Counted from the first letter of the stretch, positions 40,608 to 53,733 are shown. The stretch is DNA of 64,000 nucleotides from Octopus vulgaris (GCA_951406725.2 OX597837.1:23188001-23252000), one strand, 5' to 3'. Notes: generated from the letters alone by a model not told the origin. Translations and numbers: made by a program.

Positions 40608-40990
40608 ACTGGAGACTCATGATGATTAAAGGCTGAAGATGACTGGAGACTCTAGATGACTGAAGACTCAACATGACTAGAGGCTCATAAAGGATTTGAA
40701 GCTGGAGGTTTAAGATGATTGGAGACTCAAGATAACTGGAGATTCAAGATGCCTGGAAACTTTTGATGACTGGAAACTCAAGGTACCTGGAGAATTAAGA
40801 TGAGAAGTGAAGCTACTGGATACTCAGTGTGACTATAGACTCATGATAACAAGAAACTCATGATGATTGGGGCTTTAACATGATGAGAGCCTCATAAGGA
40901 TTTGAGACTGAAGATGATTGAAGACTTAAGATGACTGGAGATTCATAATGAGTGGAGACTGAAGATGACTAGTGAGTGACAAAGACTAGA
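40608..40990. repeat. Degenerate ~17-bp minisatellite (GACTGGAGACTCAAGAT)n
   Basis: Roughly twenty diverged units read directly. Confidence 0.8.
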
Positions 40991-41466
40991 AATTCTGGCC
41001 TGTAGTTAAGTACTTCCAGGCAATTACTTAACAAAAAGGAAAAAGAAATATTCAAAATATAAAGTCAGTACTAGCAGGAGTTGTATTCAAAGATCTGATG
41101 CATGCAGTTCTTATGAAATACCAGCCAAACTTCCTACCCCCACCCCTATTGGTTAGGAAATACTGAAATAGATTCATTGAAGGCAAAGTTGAAATTATTC
41201 TTACAAATAGTTTTGTACTTTATTTCAAGCTTTTATTCAAATTTTTCTTTTTACCATTTTGCAGAAAATGCTTAAATGAAGAATGAAGAAACAGAATTAT
41301 CTGATTTCAATTTAGCAATTTTCGTAATTAATATTGAATTTTGCTGCAAGTTAATTGATGAAGATAATAACAATTTATGAAATTTGATGTTTTAAATATA
41401 ATATAATTTATAAATAACTAACGAAAAACAAACAAACAAATAAATAAATAAATAAATAAATAACAT

Positions 41467-41536
<70 letters not shown>

Positions 41537-43489
41537 ATACACATATTTGAGCATGTATATATTCATGTACATATACATACATACTACATTCACAAATACA
41601 CATGCACACATTCATATATAAATATATAAAAAAATTAAAATTAATGAAAATAAAAAAAAAAATAATCAATGAACAGAAAAAGCAAAGCTACAAACCTGTA
41701 TCTTTTATGATATTCGGTAACATAAGGGAGGTGCTATGCCAATAAATGGTAAATATGCTGGGAAGTTTCACAATGAAACTTGGTTATAAAAAAAAAAGAA
41801 AGTTAAAAGGATTTTCTTTTTTATCATTTTTAAAACTTTTGTTGGTTGTTTTTTTTTTTTTTTGGTAGAAAGAGCAAGAATAGGAAAATATTCAGTATTA
41901 AGACAAAAGAATAAATGTTTTTTAAATTATCATTAATCATCATCGTCATCATCATCACTGTTGTAATCACTGCTTCCACCACTGCCATTAATTCCACTAC
42001 TGCCACTACCACTGTTAATGCCATTGTTACTGCCCTACCACCACCACCACCACCACCACCATCATCCATCATTACCAACATAAATTCTTTTTCTTATCCA
42101 TGTTGTGTTGTTATAAATAAATGTTCCTTCTCGAGCCATGCCAGGCTCATAAGGACCAGTTTCCCGGTTTCAGTGGCATAGAAATTCCCCACCTGGACGG
42201 GACGCCAGGATTTTGTCAAATGAATTGACCCCCACCAGTAGTTTTTTTCTGTAGTTGGTTACTTATTCTATCAGTGTGCTGCATGCAATTCTTATGAGCC
42301 TCCACAGGTCAGGAAATACTGAGATAGATTCACTGAAGGCAAAGTTGAAAATAATTTTTACATGCATTTTTGTACTTTATTTTATGCTTTTATTCAAATT
42401 TTTACTGAACCACTATGTCAGAAGGATGTAAACAAACCAACACCAGGTGTCAAGCAATGGCAGGGGGCAAACACAAATGTGAAAACATTCACATACACAC
42501 ACCAACACAAACACAGACACACACACACACATGCATATGGTGGGCTTCTTTAATTTTTTCCTTCTACCAAATCCACTCACAAGGCTTTGGATGACCTGGG
42601 GCTATAGTGGAAGATATTTTTTCAAAGATGCTATGCACTGGGCCAGAACCATGTGGTTCTTACCACACAACCACGCCTGCAGCTCTATTGACAATATTTC
42701 ACAATTGAAGGTTACAAATGTTGGCTTCAGTTCAATGTAAGAGAAAGATGGACACACACACACACACACACACTCACGCACACATAAACACATACACACA
42801 CACAAACACATGCACACACACACGCAAACACCTGCACACACACACAAACACACACACATACACACACACACAAACACATACACACACATGCATGCACACA
42901 CACACTCACATGCACACACACACACACAAACACATACACACTCACACACACACATGCACACACATGCACGCACACGCACACACATACACACACACATACA
43001 CACAAACACACACACACATGCACACACATACACGCACATGCACACACATACACACACACATACACACAAACACACACACACACACTCACATACACACATG
43101 CACATGTCTCAAAAATCTTTAAATATATGCTTGAACAAAGACTAGCAATTGTAATTTACAGTTATATAAAGGTTATCAAGATTATAAAGATTTCTACTCG
43201 TTTATAAGGTCAGTATTCCAACAATCACAAAAGCATTGGAGTCTTGCATTCAGCGCTGTGACTTTACTGCCACAATCAGCCTGTAACTACAACCCCAATG
43301 ACCAGTGGAACAATATACTACTAAACAGAAAAATCCATCTTTCTTTCATCTTTCACTTGTTTCGGTCATTAGACTGCAGCCATGCTGGGGCAGACTCGAA
43401 TCATTTTCAGATGAATGAATCAGCTTATGTGTTTTTAAGCTAGTTACTTTGACAAATAGGAGAGTTTTTCTCATGGTAACTACCACTGT

Positions 43490-43974
43490 AATGACATGCA
43501 TAAGATCTGGTCATCAAATCTAAGTAGAGACTTCAAACTTGAAATATTCAAAGCCACAGTCGAACCAATTCTACTATATGGCTCAGAAACCTGGACGTTA
43601 TCAAAGAAGCTGGAGAGGCGGTTGGATGGAACCTACACTCGCCTCCTTATGAGAGCTCAAAATCTCTCGTGGAAGTGCCATCCAACCAAAATGCAAATAT
43701 ATGGGAAACTACCACCTGTGTCATCTCTTGTGAAAGGTAGGAGAGTCCAGTTTGCTGGACATTGTTGTAGAGCTGAAAAGAAGTAATTTCTACTCTTCTC
43801 CTCTGGAAGCCACCTACTCGCAATACCAGAGGGCGCACACTCTCCTACCCTGATGTAATCTCCAGGGATACAGGCATCCAGCAACAGGACCTCCGTAATG
43901 CCATGATGGACCGTGAAGTCTGGCGTAGCATGGTAAATTCCATTGTCTCGACCACGGTCAAACAATGATGATGA
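43490..43974 (+). mobile_element. RTE LINE (second family) 3' fragment
   Basis: KIWSSNLSRDFKLEIFKATVEPILLYGSETWTL..RLDGTYTRLL..RRVQFAGHC; ends in (TGA)n. Confidence 0.85.
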
Positions 43975-44015
43975 CCACTGTATAGTGTGTTCGAACAGAA
44001 CATCCATATTTATAA

Positions 44016-44615
44016 GGCAGCTAGCTGGTAGAAACGTTAGCACATCACCATCATCATCATTGTTCAACCGTGGTCGAGACAATGGAATTTACCATGCCAC
44101 GTCAGACTTCATGGTCCATCATAGCATTACGGAGGTCCTATTGCTGGATGCCTGTATCCCTGGAGATTACATCAGGGTAGGAGAGTGTGCACCCTCTGGT
44201 ATTGCGAGTAGATGGCTTCCAGAGGAGAAGAGTAGAAATTGCCTCGTTTTCAGCTCTACAACAATGTCCAGCAAACTGGACTCTCCTACCTTTCACAAGA
44301 GATGACACAGGTGGTAGTTTCCCATATATTTGCATTTTGGTTGGAACACACTTCCACGAGAGATTTTGAGCTCTCATAAGGAGTGTAGGTTCCATCCAAC
44401 CACCTCTCAAGCTTCTTTGATAATGTCCAAGTTTCTGAAATGCTTAGTGGTATTTCGTCTGTTTTTATGTTCTGAGTTCAAATTCTGCCGAGGTCGACTT
44501 TGTCTCTCACCCTTTCAAGGTAGATAAATTAAGTACTAGTGATGTACTGGGGTCGATCTAATCGACAGGCCCTCTCTCCAAAACTTTCGGGCCTTGTGCC
44601 TAGAGTAGAAAAGAA
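44016..44615 (+). mobile_element. SINE family B split by an RTE insertion
   Basis: Head 44016-44043 resumes at ~44437 GAAATGCTTAG. Confidence 0.75.
44044..44438 (-). mobile_element. Inverted copy of the same RTE 3' fragment
   Basis: Reverse complement of 43583-43974 with scattered substitutions and a small deletion. Confidence 0.85.
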
Positions 44616-44704
44616 CATCTACATTTAAGTGGGGATAAATATTACCTGTTGTTATTAATACTACCTCTGTTGCTAATATATATTTTCTTAATTAGTAAAA
44701 AACA

Positions 44705-45076
44705 TAAAAAACACCATTCGAGCGTGATCATTACCTGTGTGGCCTTACTGGCACTTGTGCTGGTGGCACATGAAAAAACATTCGAGTGAGGTCATTGCTA
44801 GTGCTGCTGGACTGGCTCCTGTGCAGGTGGCACATAAAAAGCACCATCTGAGCATGGCTGTTGCCAGTACTGCCTGACTGGCCCTCGTGCTGGTGGTATG
44901 TAAAAGCACCCACTACACTCTTGGAGTGGTTGGCGTTAGGAAGGGCATCCAGCTGTAGAAACACTGCCAGATCAGATTGAAGTTTGGTGCAGCCATCTGG
45001 TTCGCCAGACCTCAGTCAAATCGTCCAACCCATGCTAGCATGGAAAGCGGACGTTAAACGATGATAATGATGATGA
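44705..45076 (+). mobile_element. RTE 3' UTR (family C) with internal GGTGGCAC..AAAAGCACC repeats
   Basis: Ends GACGTTAAACGATGAT... Confidence 0.8.
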
Positions 45077-45176
45077 TAGTTCACCTGATAATCACAACAC
45101 CAGTGCCTGTTTTGGCACTGCTTTTCTATATACATCTGTTGGGAAGATGAATCACCGTTATCTTTAACAGTAGAGA

Positions 45177-45244
45177 ATCCATCGCTGATGAGACCAAGGA
45201 AGGTTGAAATTACGTGATCTAGTGTCTTGGCACTGGAGATGGAT
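45177..45244 (+). ncRNA. Atypical hammerhead-like motif
   Basis: ATCCATCG|CTGATGA|GACC-AAGGAA-GGTT|GAAA|TTACGTGA|TC|TAGTGTCTTGGCACTGG|AGATGGAT. Confidence 0.5.
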
Positions 45245-45309
45245 GAAGTTTATGTATGAAGAGTCTTTTCTGCTGCACAATTGTATCACTTGTCTGAAGT
45301 GTTGTGCCT

Positions 45310-45459
45310 TTTCTTTTACTTGTTTCACCACCTTGAATAATTTTTAGTTGGATGAATGTACCCCAGTACAAATTTTCTTTTTATGCCTGGTATTTATTGT
45401 ATTGGTCTGGTTTGCTGAACTGCTAAGGTATGGGTACCAGTTGTCAAGCAGTGGTGGAG

Positions 45460-45540
<81 letters not shown>

Positions 45541-45770
45541 CTCACACACACACACACTCACACACACACACACACACTCACACACACACACACACACAAA
45601 TACATATACATGATGGGCTTCTTTCAATTTCTGTTAACCTAATCCACTCACAAAGCTTTGGTCAGCCCAGGGCTATAGAAGAAGACACTTGCCCAAGGTA
45701 CCACTCAGTGGAACTGAACCCAGAACCATGTGGTTAGGAACCAAAATTCTTACCACCTAGCCATACCTGC
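45310..45770 (-). mobile_element. SINE family A, older copy
   Basis: Diverged but colinear. Confidence 0.75.
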
Positions 45771-45899
45771 ACTTACGGTGTATATATTTTTACAAAATTA
45801 CAAGTCTATTTTGAGGCAAACCGTATTATAACTTGTATTCTTTCAGAGTTAATAACATTTTGAAGTCTATTATGGTATGCTCAATATGTTCCCCTTGCT

Positions 45900-46440
45900 G
45901 ATTACATAGTACTTGTCTGTTGAAGTGGTTGAATAAAAACCCTTGCTCAGGGAATTAGTTGAACAAGTGTTCAGAGCATGATCTTGGACAGCTACGAACA
46001 TACTCTTTCTTTCTTTAACTCTCTACCCCGAAGCCAATCTCACAACAAGTTTTAATTTTTCATATTCTTGTATTTCTGTGGAACTATCCATCTAACTTCA
46101 TTTCTTCTAGTGCTTCCATTCTTTCACAAACTATCCTGCTTTCTTAAGCTTTCTTCTCTTCGAGTTCAGCACAAGTAAGTCGTAGTTCTACTTCAAAATG
46201 TTTCAACAGATTTTTATTCTTTGTAAGGTTTTGTTTTACTAGCCATTTTTTTCTTCATTCAAACAATCAGAAATTCTAATAATACTTCTCCTTCCTATAT
46301 TCTGTTTCCCTTATAAACAACTAATATTTGCCTTTGGATAAAGTGCTCTAAGCATAGTTAGGGATTATCTCATTTTCCAATCAAATACCTCTATTTCATT
46401 TTTCATCCAATTCATTATTCCAGCACTCTAACTTTTTCTT
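45900..46440 (-). mobile_element. R4/Dong-type post-RT domain fragment
   Basis: Minus strand SAGIMNWMKNEIEVFDWKMR*SLTMLRALYPKANISCL and VAVQDHALNT (cf. AAQDQAL.T). Confidence 0.7.
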
Positions 46441-46752
46441 TGGTCATGCTTCTTTTTTTTGGATTCCCATGACTCTCTGTCACCATCCGATTCCATTATT
46501 ATGAATTTGAATTGGGAGCTTAAGTCATAGTGAATTTTTCATTAGCTGATTACTCAACCATGGATGCCACCCCTATGCATGTATTGCAGTTACTCTCTTA
46601 AGATTGGTGATCTCAACCATTGATCTTCTAGGATTCCTCCTCTCAGCACTGATGGCTCAGTTGAACTCTTCTGCTACTTCTTTACAGTCCACCATGCTGC
46701 AGTCCCCTGACTTTGTTGTATCCCTGGTATGGTGGTGGAAAAGGTGCTATTA

Positions 46753-46801
<49 letters not shown>

Positions 46802-46804
46802 GTT

Positions 46805-47623
46805 TTTTCCTTCTTTCTTCAAATTTTCTTCCGTTTCTCGCAGAGTGTTTTCCGTACACCTAGGGCAGAGAAGCTCATTGTATGCATTCCCAGATTACAC
46901 ATGCAAATTCATGGGTAAAATATGTATTTAAAAAATTAATGAATAAATAAATTCATGAATGGATGTTGTTTTCACAGCGATAATGCTCTTCTCATTACAT
47001 GAGCCGTTCCAGTTAATACAATTTTTTTGCACTTCCTGTAGGGATGGTAAGCCTGGAATCATTTTCAAATAGGTTTCAGACCTTTTTTTATCATTCCTAG
47101 AGATCCTACAATCACTGGTACTGTAGTCACCTTGAGATGCCACATTTTTTTCATTTTTTTTGGGGCGAGGTACTCCAGGCACATGCATCACAACCATATG
47201 TGCGCAACATGGTGATCTCATATCAAGATAAACAGCACATGACCTTGCAGGTGGGGCCCAGCTAGAATTTTCTTCTTGTTGAGTAATTCATACCAATCAA
47301 AATAAGAATTGTTTAAGGATGTTGAACGAACCATCCGTGTTTCCAAAGGGGAATTATCCAAACCTCCAAGAATTCCTTTCAACACACGGCTATGATGCTC
47401 CCCCACTACTTCTGCTCATGATCAGAGATGCTCATATCATCAGCCACTAAGGGACATGCTCAACTGGGTAAGGTCAAACAACTGACAAGCAAATCTGTGG
47501 TATTGAACAGAATATTTGCTGTAGCCCAACTTTTATACCAAGGCAAAACAATGTACATGATAACACTTCCAATCAGTTAAGATCAGAAGCTAACAAGAGC
47601 TACTGCCTGGTACTGCATCAGGG

Positions 47624-47626
<3 letters not shown>
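46805..47626 (-). mobile_element. Chimera: family D 5' ~460 bp joined to an R4/Dong C-terminus and 3' UTR
   Basis: 47626-47168 is family D; then KMWHLKVTTVPVIVGSLGMIK..LKMIPGLPSLQEVQK, UTR and (TAA)n. Confidence 0.75.
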
Positions 47627-47695
<69 letters not shown>

Positions 47696-48032
47696 CATTC
47701 GGTGGCAAAATGATAGACTTCTTAGTACACTGGACAAAATAAAATGCTTAGCGACATTTCTTCCAGCTTTGCATTCTGATTCCAATTTCTGTTGTAATAT
47801 TATTATTATATTATTATTAGGAGGAGGGTGGCGAGTAGGCAGAACTGTTAGTACATTGGGCAAAATGCTTAGCGGCATTTCATCTGTCTTTACATTCTAA
47901 GTTCAAATTCCACTGAGGATGACTTGGTCTTTCATTCTTTTGGGGTCGATAAAGACCAGTTTAGTGCTGAGGTTGATGTAACTGACTTGCCCCCTCCTCC
48001 AAAATTGCCAGTCTTGCGCCAAACTTCGATAC

Positions 48033-48079
<47 letters not shown>

Positions 48080-48289
48080 GGTGGCAAAATGATAGATTTC
48101 TTAGCACACTGGACAAAATGCTTAGCGACATTTCTTCAAGCTTTGCATTCTGATTCCAATTTCTGTTGTATTATTATTATTATCATTATTATTTTTATTA
48201 TTATTATTATTATTGTTATTATTATTATCATCATCATCATTATTATTATTATTGTTGTTATTTTTATTGTTTTTAATGTTATATCTGTT

Positions 48290-48600
48290 CTATAGTCTTA
48301 TTTTCATTGCAGGCTTTCACTATGCTAATGAGTGCAGTGCAGTACACCTTGAATAAATGCAGTGTTTTGTTTTGGTTGTGTATTTTCCATTGTATTGATA
48401 ATATTCCAAACAACAATACGTGCACAGTGCCTTGCAGTGCTATTTCCTGTATGTGGAGCATATTTGTGTGTCCTCAGGTTCCCATTATGTACTTGTCAGC
48501 AACTGTTTTCTCTTAATCATTCCCAAGATAATCTAATTATTTACAATAGGGGTTGTTTCTGTTTTCAGTCCCCAGTTTTGTAACTATTACATTATCATTG
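48290..48600 (-). mobile_element. R4/Dong-type C-terminal fragment
   Basis: IQEIALQGTVHVL motif; next to (TTA)n. Confidence 0.55.
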
Positions 48601-48609
48601 TCATGTATT

Positions 48610-49790
48610 TATACACACATATATAATATATGGGTATATTAATCAAAGTACACAGTATTACAGATCCATTTCAGCCGACATTACCAATTGTTTTTTCACC
48701 AGATATTAGATAACTGGATATTAGTTAACAGCACAGTTAAATAATACCACATGCTCTTCAGAGATGTCAGTTATGGCAAAAATATGGTTCCTGTTCTCTG
48801 TTACTGGAGGTGAAAAATGTTTCATCCAGTTTGTGTGAGATTTGAAAAAAAAAGGTGAAATGCTATCATGAGAAGCGAAACGAAATTGTGGAACATGAAA
48901 TGAAGTCACAGGAGATGAAATGAGCATCTGAAATACTGTAAGGTAACAGGGGTCTTGTGAAAATATATGTAGTGGTAGTGGTGGGAAGGATTGTGGGTTG
49001 GTATTTGAGTAGGGTTGCTACTTATGTAGGGGTTTGTGGGTATGGCACTTTTGGGCTGGTGCCTGAACATTTAAACCTATGTGTATATTTTGGGTAAATG
49101 CTGTACTGGGTTTTCAGAATATGATGGTGTGAAGGCCAAAAGTGGAAACCCTAGAGTTTGCAGTCATGGTGGGCATGCAGATAAGATAATAAATACTTTC
49201 TCTCGTTTGGGCAAGAGCTAAATATTCCTACAGTTTAGATAGATATCCAGGTGCTGAGAATTTTTAATATGATGCTTTTCTTGGTTAAACATAATTTGCA
49301 TTTTTTTGTTGCTATTAAAATAAAGCTTACACTTGTGTAAAATTCTCCACTTGGTGTTGTATGCCATAGCACTTTCCTTTCACAGCCACACAGGGTTGTG
49401 ACGTAATGTCTCTTCTGAATATTGAAACAGGGCTTATTGAATCTGATCCTGTATGGACCTTCTGTTGTGTCCATTTACATCCATAAGATTAGCTGTCCAT
49501 TGGAGCCCTTTCATGTCAACTCTGCCTCATATATCACTGTTTCTATGTTACAGTAGCCATTAAAGGGCATTCTGTCTCTGTCTCAGATGTGGGCCCACCA
49601 ACTAATATGTTCTTTCCACTTGGTGCTCAGCTAACGGAAACTCGTATACAAAGTTTTACAGAGCTTCTTCATAAGGGGAAAGTGTTTATCCACTAATGTG
49701 GACAATAGTGCCTTCTCAATATGCAGCACATATGTCTAAAATATCTTTAACAATTTTGGACCCTTGATTGAATGATAAGAAAAGAGACAG
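48610..49790 (-). mobile_element. Old Penelope-like remnant
   Basis: Minus strand CPFNGYCNIETVIYEAEL, TTEGPYRIRFN, KCKLCLTKKSII; possible hammerhead pieces CTGAAGA (~48755) and GAAATGGATCTGTA (~48660). Confidence 0.65.
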
Positions 49791-51369
49791 GTGTGTAAAA
49801 CGTTCGCTTTCTTTCCTACTTGGCACTCTACTGTCATATCCCTGACAAGAGGTAAAATTTATTCAAATTTCAAAAATGATAAACAAACAAAAGTTGCCGA
49901 GGAAATGTAGAACCATATCCCACTTCACCATAAAACACTACAATAAACATATTTTTCATATTAATTCAAATAACATAGGAAAGGAAATAAACAAATTTCT
50001 ATAACAACCCAATATAAATTCATATTCTTTGCAAGATGCTGTAAGGAAGATTCTATGTTTTATGCTATGGGCAAGAAATTTAAGTTGAGATTGTGGATTG
50101 AAAAATATATTATGACATCTTTGAGGCATCTTAAATGGTAAAAAGGAAGCTTTAATGATGCAATTTTTTTATGCCTTTCTTTTATATATATATATATATA
50201 TATTTATTTATTTATTTTTGCTGTTGTTAGTGCAGTAAATCTGTGATATTTCCTTGTTAGTATTGGTAGAATAAAGTAGCAGAAACAAAATATGATCTGC
50301 TATTTCACCCAGCCAGCCAGCTGGCTGACTTGCCAACCAGCTAAAGATTACTGATGATGACTTCTAGGGATTCTGGATTCTGGTGATAAAGTATCATGGA
50401 ATTTCCTGGAAAGGTAAAAAAAAAAAAAAAATGTAAAACTCTAACTGAATGCGGAATCCTATTATTGTTTCTAGGCCCACAGGTGGGCTGAGAAACAATA
50501 ACGAGATTCCACATTCCACTTTATTAGCACTGTATGCTGATAAAGTACTTGCTAAATTATACAGGGATCTAAGATGACAAGCTGGTAGAATTGTTAGCGT
50601 ACTGGGCAAAATGCTTCATCAATCCTTGTGTTCTGAGTTCAAATTCTCCCAAGATTGACTTTGCCTTCTATTCTTTTGGGGGTCAGTAAAATAAGCACCA
50701 GTTGAGCCCTGGAGTCAATGTAATCAATTTACCCTCTCTTTCGAAATTGCTGGCCTTGTGCCAAAATTTGAAACCAATTATTCTCAGGGTGGTGAGCTTG
50801 CAGAACTGTTAACATGCTGGGCAAAATGCTAAGCAGCATTTCATCCGAGTTCAAAGTCTCCCAAGGTCGGATTTTATCCTTTCAGGGTCAGTAGGAGTGG
50901 TGTAGGAGTGGCTGTGTGGTAAGTAGCTTGCTTACCAGCCGCATGGTTCCAGGTTCAGTCCCACTGCTTGGCACCTTGGACAAGTGTCTTCTACTATAGC
51001 CTTGGGCTGATCAAAGCCTTGTTAAGTGGATTTGGTAGATGGAAACTGAAAGAAGCATGCGTGTAAATTTGTAAGTGTGTGTGTGCATGCATGTACTCAT
51101 GTGTATTGTGAGTGTGTGTTTTTTTTGTGTGTATGTGTTACTTTGTCTTTGCCTTGAGATTCCATGATAGTTGTAAATGAATGTTACCATAATGCAGGCA
51201 GTGTTGTTCGTTCATTTTTCCATGAGACCATATTTGGTCATGAGGAAATATTACCTTATTTGTAAGCAGGTGAGGGTTGGTGACAGGAAGAGCATCCAGC
51301 TGTAGAAAATCCACGTCGATAAAATCTCCTTCTAACTCACGCAAGGATGGAAGAGTGGATGTAAAAACG

Positions 51370-51388
51370 ATGATGATGATGATAATGG

Positions 51389-51420
<32 letters not shown>

Positions 51421-51489
51421 GCGATGGTGATGATAACAACAATGACGATGATGGTGAATGTGATGATGAGGATGATGATGATGATGATT

Positions 51490-51531
<42 letters not shown>

Positions 51532-51559
51532 GTGAATGAGGATGAGGATGATGATGATT

Positions 51560-51596
<37 letters not shown>

Positions 51597-51667
51597 CGAC
51601 GACAATGACGATGATGGTGAATGTGATGATGAGGATGAGGATGATGATGATTATGATGATGATGATA

Positions 51668-51707
<40 letters not shown>

Positions 51708-51817
51708 GGATGATAATGATGACGACAGAGATGACGGTGACAATGAATGTGATGATGATGGTGATGATGATGACAATGACGATGGTGAATATGATGATGA
51801 GGATGAAGATAACAATG
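51370..51817. repeat. (GAT)n array with a higher-order unit
   Basis: ACAATGACGATG..GGTGAATGTGATGATGAGG recurs several times. Confidence 0.9.
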
Positions 51818-51881
51818 ATTCATACATACATACATACATACATACACATATTTATATATATACACCCACACCCATATATAA

Positions 51882-51918
<37 letters not shown>

Positions 51919-52397
51919 AATAATATAACCAATTATTAAAGGAATTCATGTCACAGATGCTAGATATAAAGGATAAAGGACGAACAATCACATGAGAATT
52001 CTCATGAATCTTCTTACCTTAGAATAAAAACCAGCGTTAATAACTAGAAAAACAGCCCAGCACTAAACTCAATTTATCCTGAAAATAAGATCATGAAGGT
52101 CTTGAAATGTTCATGAAGCTTGGGAAAATTTATTGTTCCAAACAATCCATAAAGAACTAATAAGGAAAATATGAAAAATTCTTAATAAAAGCACATTTAT
52201 TGAACAGACAGCAGTCATGTTTTTAATAAAGTTAGATTAAAAGCAAACCAATTTTTCCTATCATCCCTGCTGTGTCTTATCTCTCTGACCCCTCAATATG
52301 CCTTTTTTTTTTTTCTCCCAATAATCTTCTTCCTTAGAACTGCAACCTTCGAGAATTCCCACCTTGTCCAAGCATGCACTCTCCCTCCCTTTCTCTG

Positions 52398-52437
<40 letters not shown>

Positions 52438-52489
52438 CCTTTCTTCTCTCTCTCTCTCTCTGTCTCCCTTTCTTCTCTCTCTCTCTATT

Positions 52490-52542
<53 letters not shown>

Positions 52543-52551
<9 letters not shown>

Positions 52552-52731
52552 TCTGCTCTCGGATATATATATACACACACACATACATAAATAGATAAAT
52601 AGACAGATCATCATCATCATCATCATCATCGTTTAGCGTCCGTTTTCTAAACGATGATGATGATGATCTGTCTATTTATCTATTTATGTATGTGTGTGTG
52701 TATATATATATCCGAGAGCAGAATTACACAC
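52543..52731. repeat. Short fold-back palindrome centred on an RTE tail stub
   Basis: Arms 52543-52636 and 52647-52731 differ only in (ATC)8 vs (GAT)5. Confidence 0.9.
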
Positions 52732-52916
52732 CCCCCACACACACACACATAGACACACACACACACATATATAGATATAAAGATACAAAGATACACATAT
52801 ACGCATGCATGTGTACACACACACACAAGCACACATATTATATATATATATATCCTGCTCACACACACATACATATATCATATATATATACATATATGTA
52901 TCTATCTACATTCATC

Positions 52917-52960
<44 letters not shown>

Positions 52961-53529
52961 TACACACACATACACACAGAAATACACATCCATATTATTT
53001 ATATGTATGTGAGTGTTACATTCACACAATATATATATATTTCTATATATATATAGTCTTTTACTTGTTATTAGGCATTAGACTGTGACCATGCTGGGGC
53101 ACCACTTTGAAGAGTTTTTAGTCAAATGAGTCGACCACAGTACTTTTTTTTAAAGTCTGGTACTATTCTATCAATTTCTTTTGCTGAACAGCCAAGACAG
53201 AAGGACATAAACAAACCAACACTGGTGGTCAAATGGGGGTGAGAGACAAACACAGACACAAAGGGACATACACATATATATGTATATATATATGTACATA
53301 TATACATACGTACATACATCCCAAAGATGGAGCCTTGTATCTTCGTTGGAAACTGGCTCATTCCTCAGTGGAAGATTTCTAATAATTAAAAAATAGAAGA
53401 GACCAACACTCCATCCATCTATCCATCCATCCATCCATCCATCCAGCCAGCCATCCATCCATTCATCCATCCATCCATCCATCCATCCATCCATCCAGCC
53501 ATCCAACCATCCATCCATATATATGTGGT

Positions 53530-53733
53530 CCCCGTGCCGGTGGCACGTAAAAAGCAACGACTACACTCTCATAGTGGTTGGCATTAGGAAGGGTACCCAG
53601 CTGTAGAAACTCTGCCAGATCAAGATTGGAGCCTGGTGCAGCCATCTGGTTCGCCAACCCTCAGTCAAAATCGTCCAACCCATGCTAGCATGGAAAGCAG
53701 ACGTTAAACGATGATGATGATGATGATGATGAT
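53530..53733 (+). mobile_element. RTE 3' tail (family C)
   Basis: Same motif and (GAT)n tail. Confidence 0.8.

Noticed and set aside
40608-40990. CRISPR-like array
   Set aside because: Degenerate contiguous minisatellite with no unique spacers
51277-51991. Poly-Met/Asp/His ORFs
   Set aside because: (GAT)n microsatellite translations
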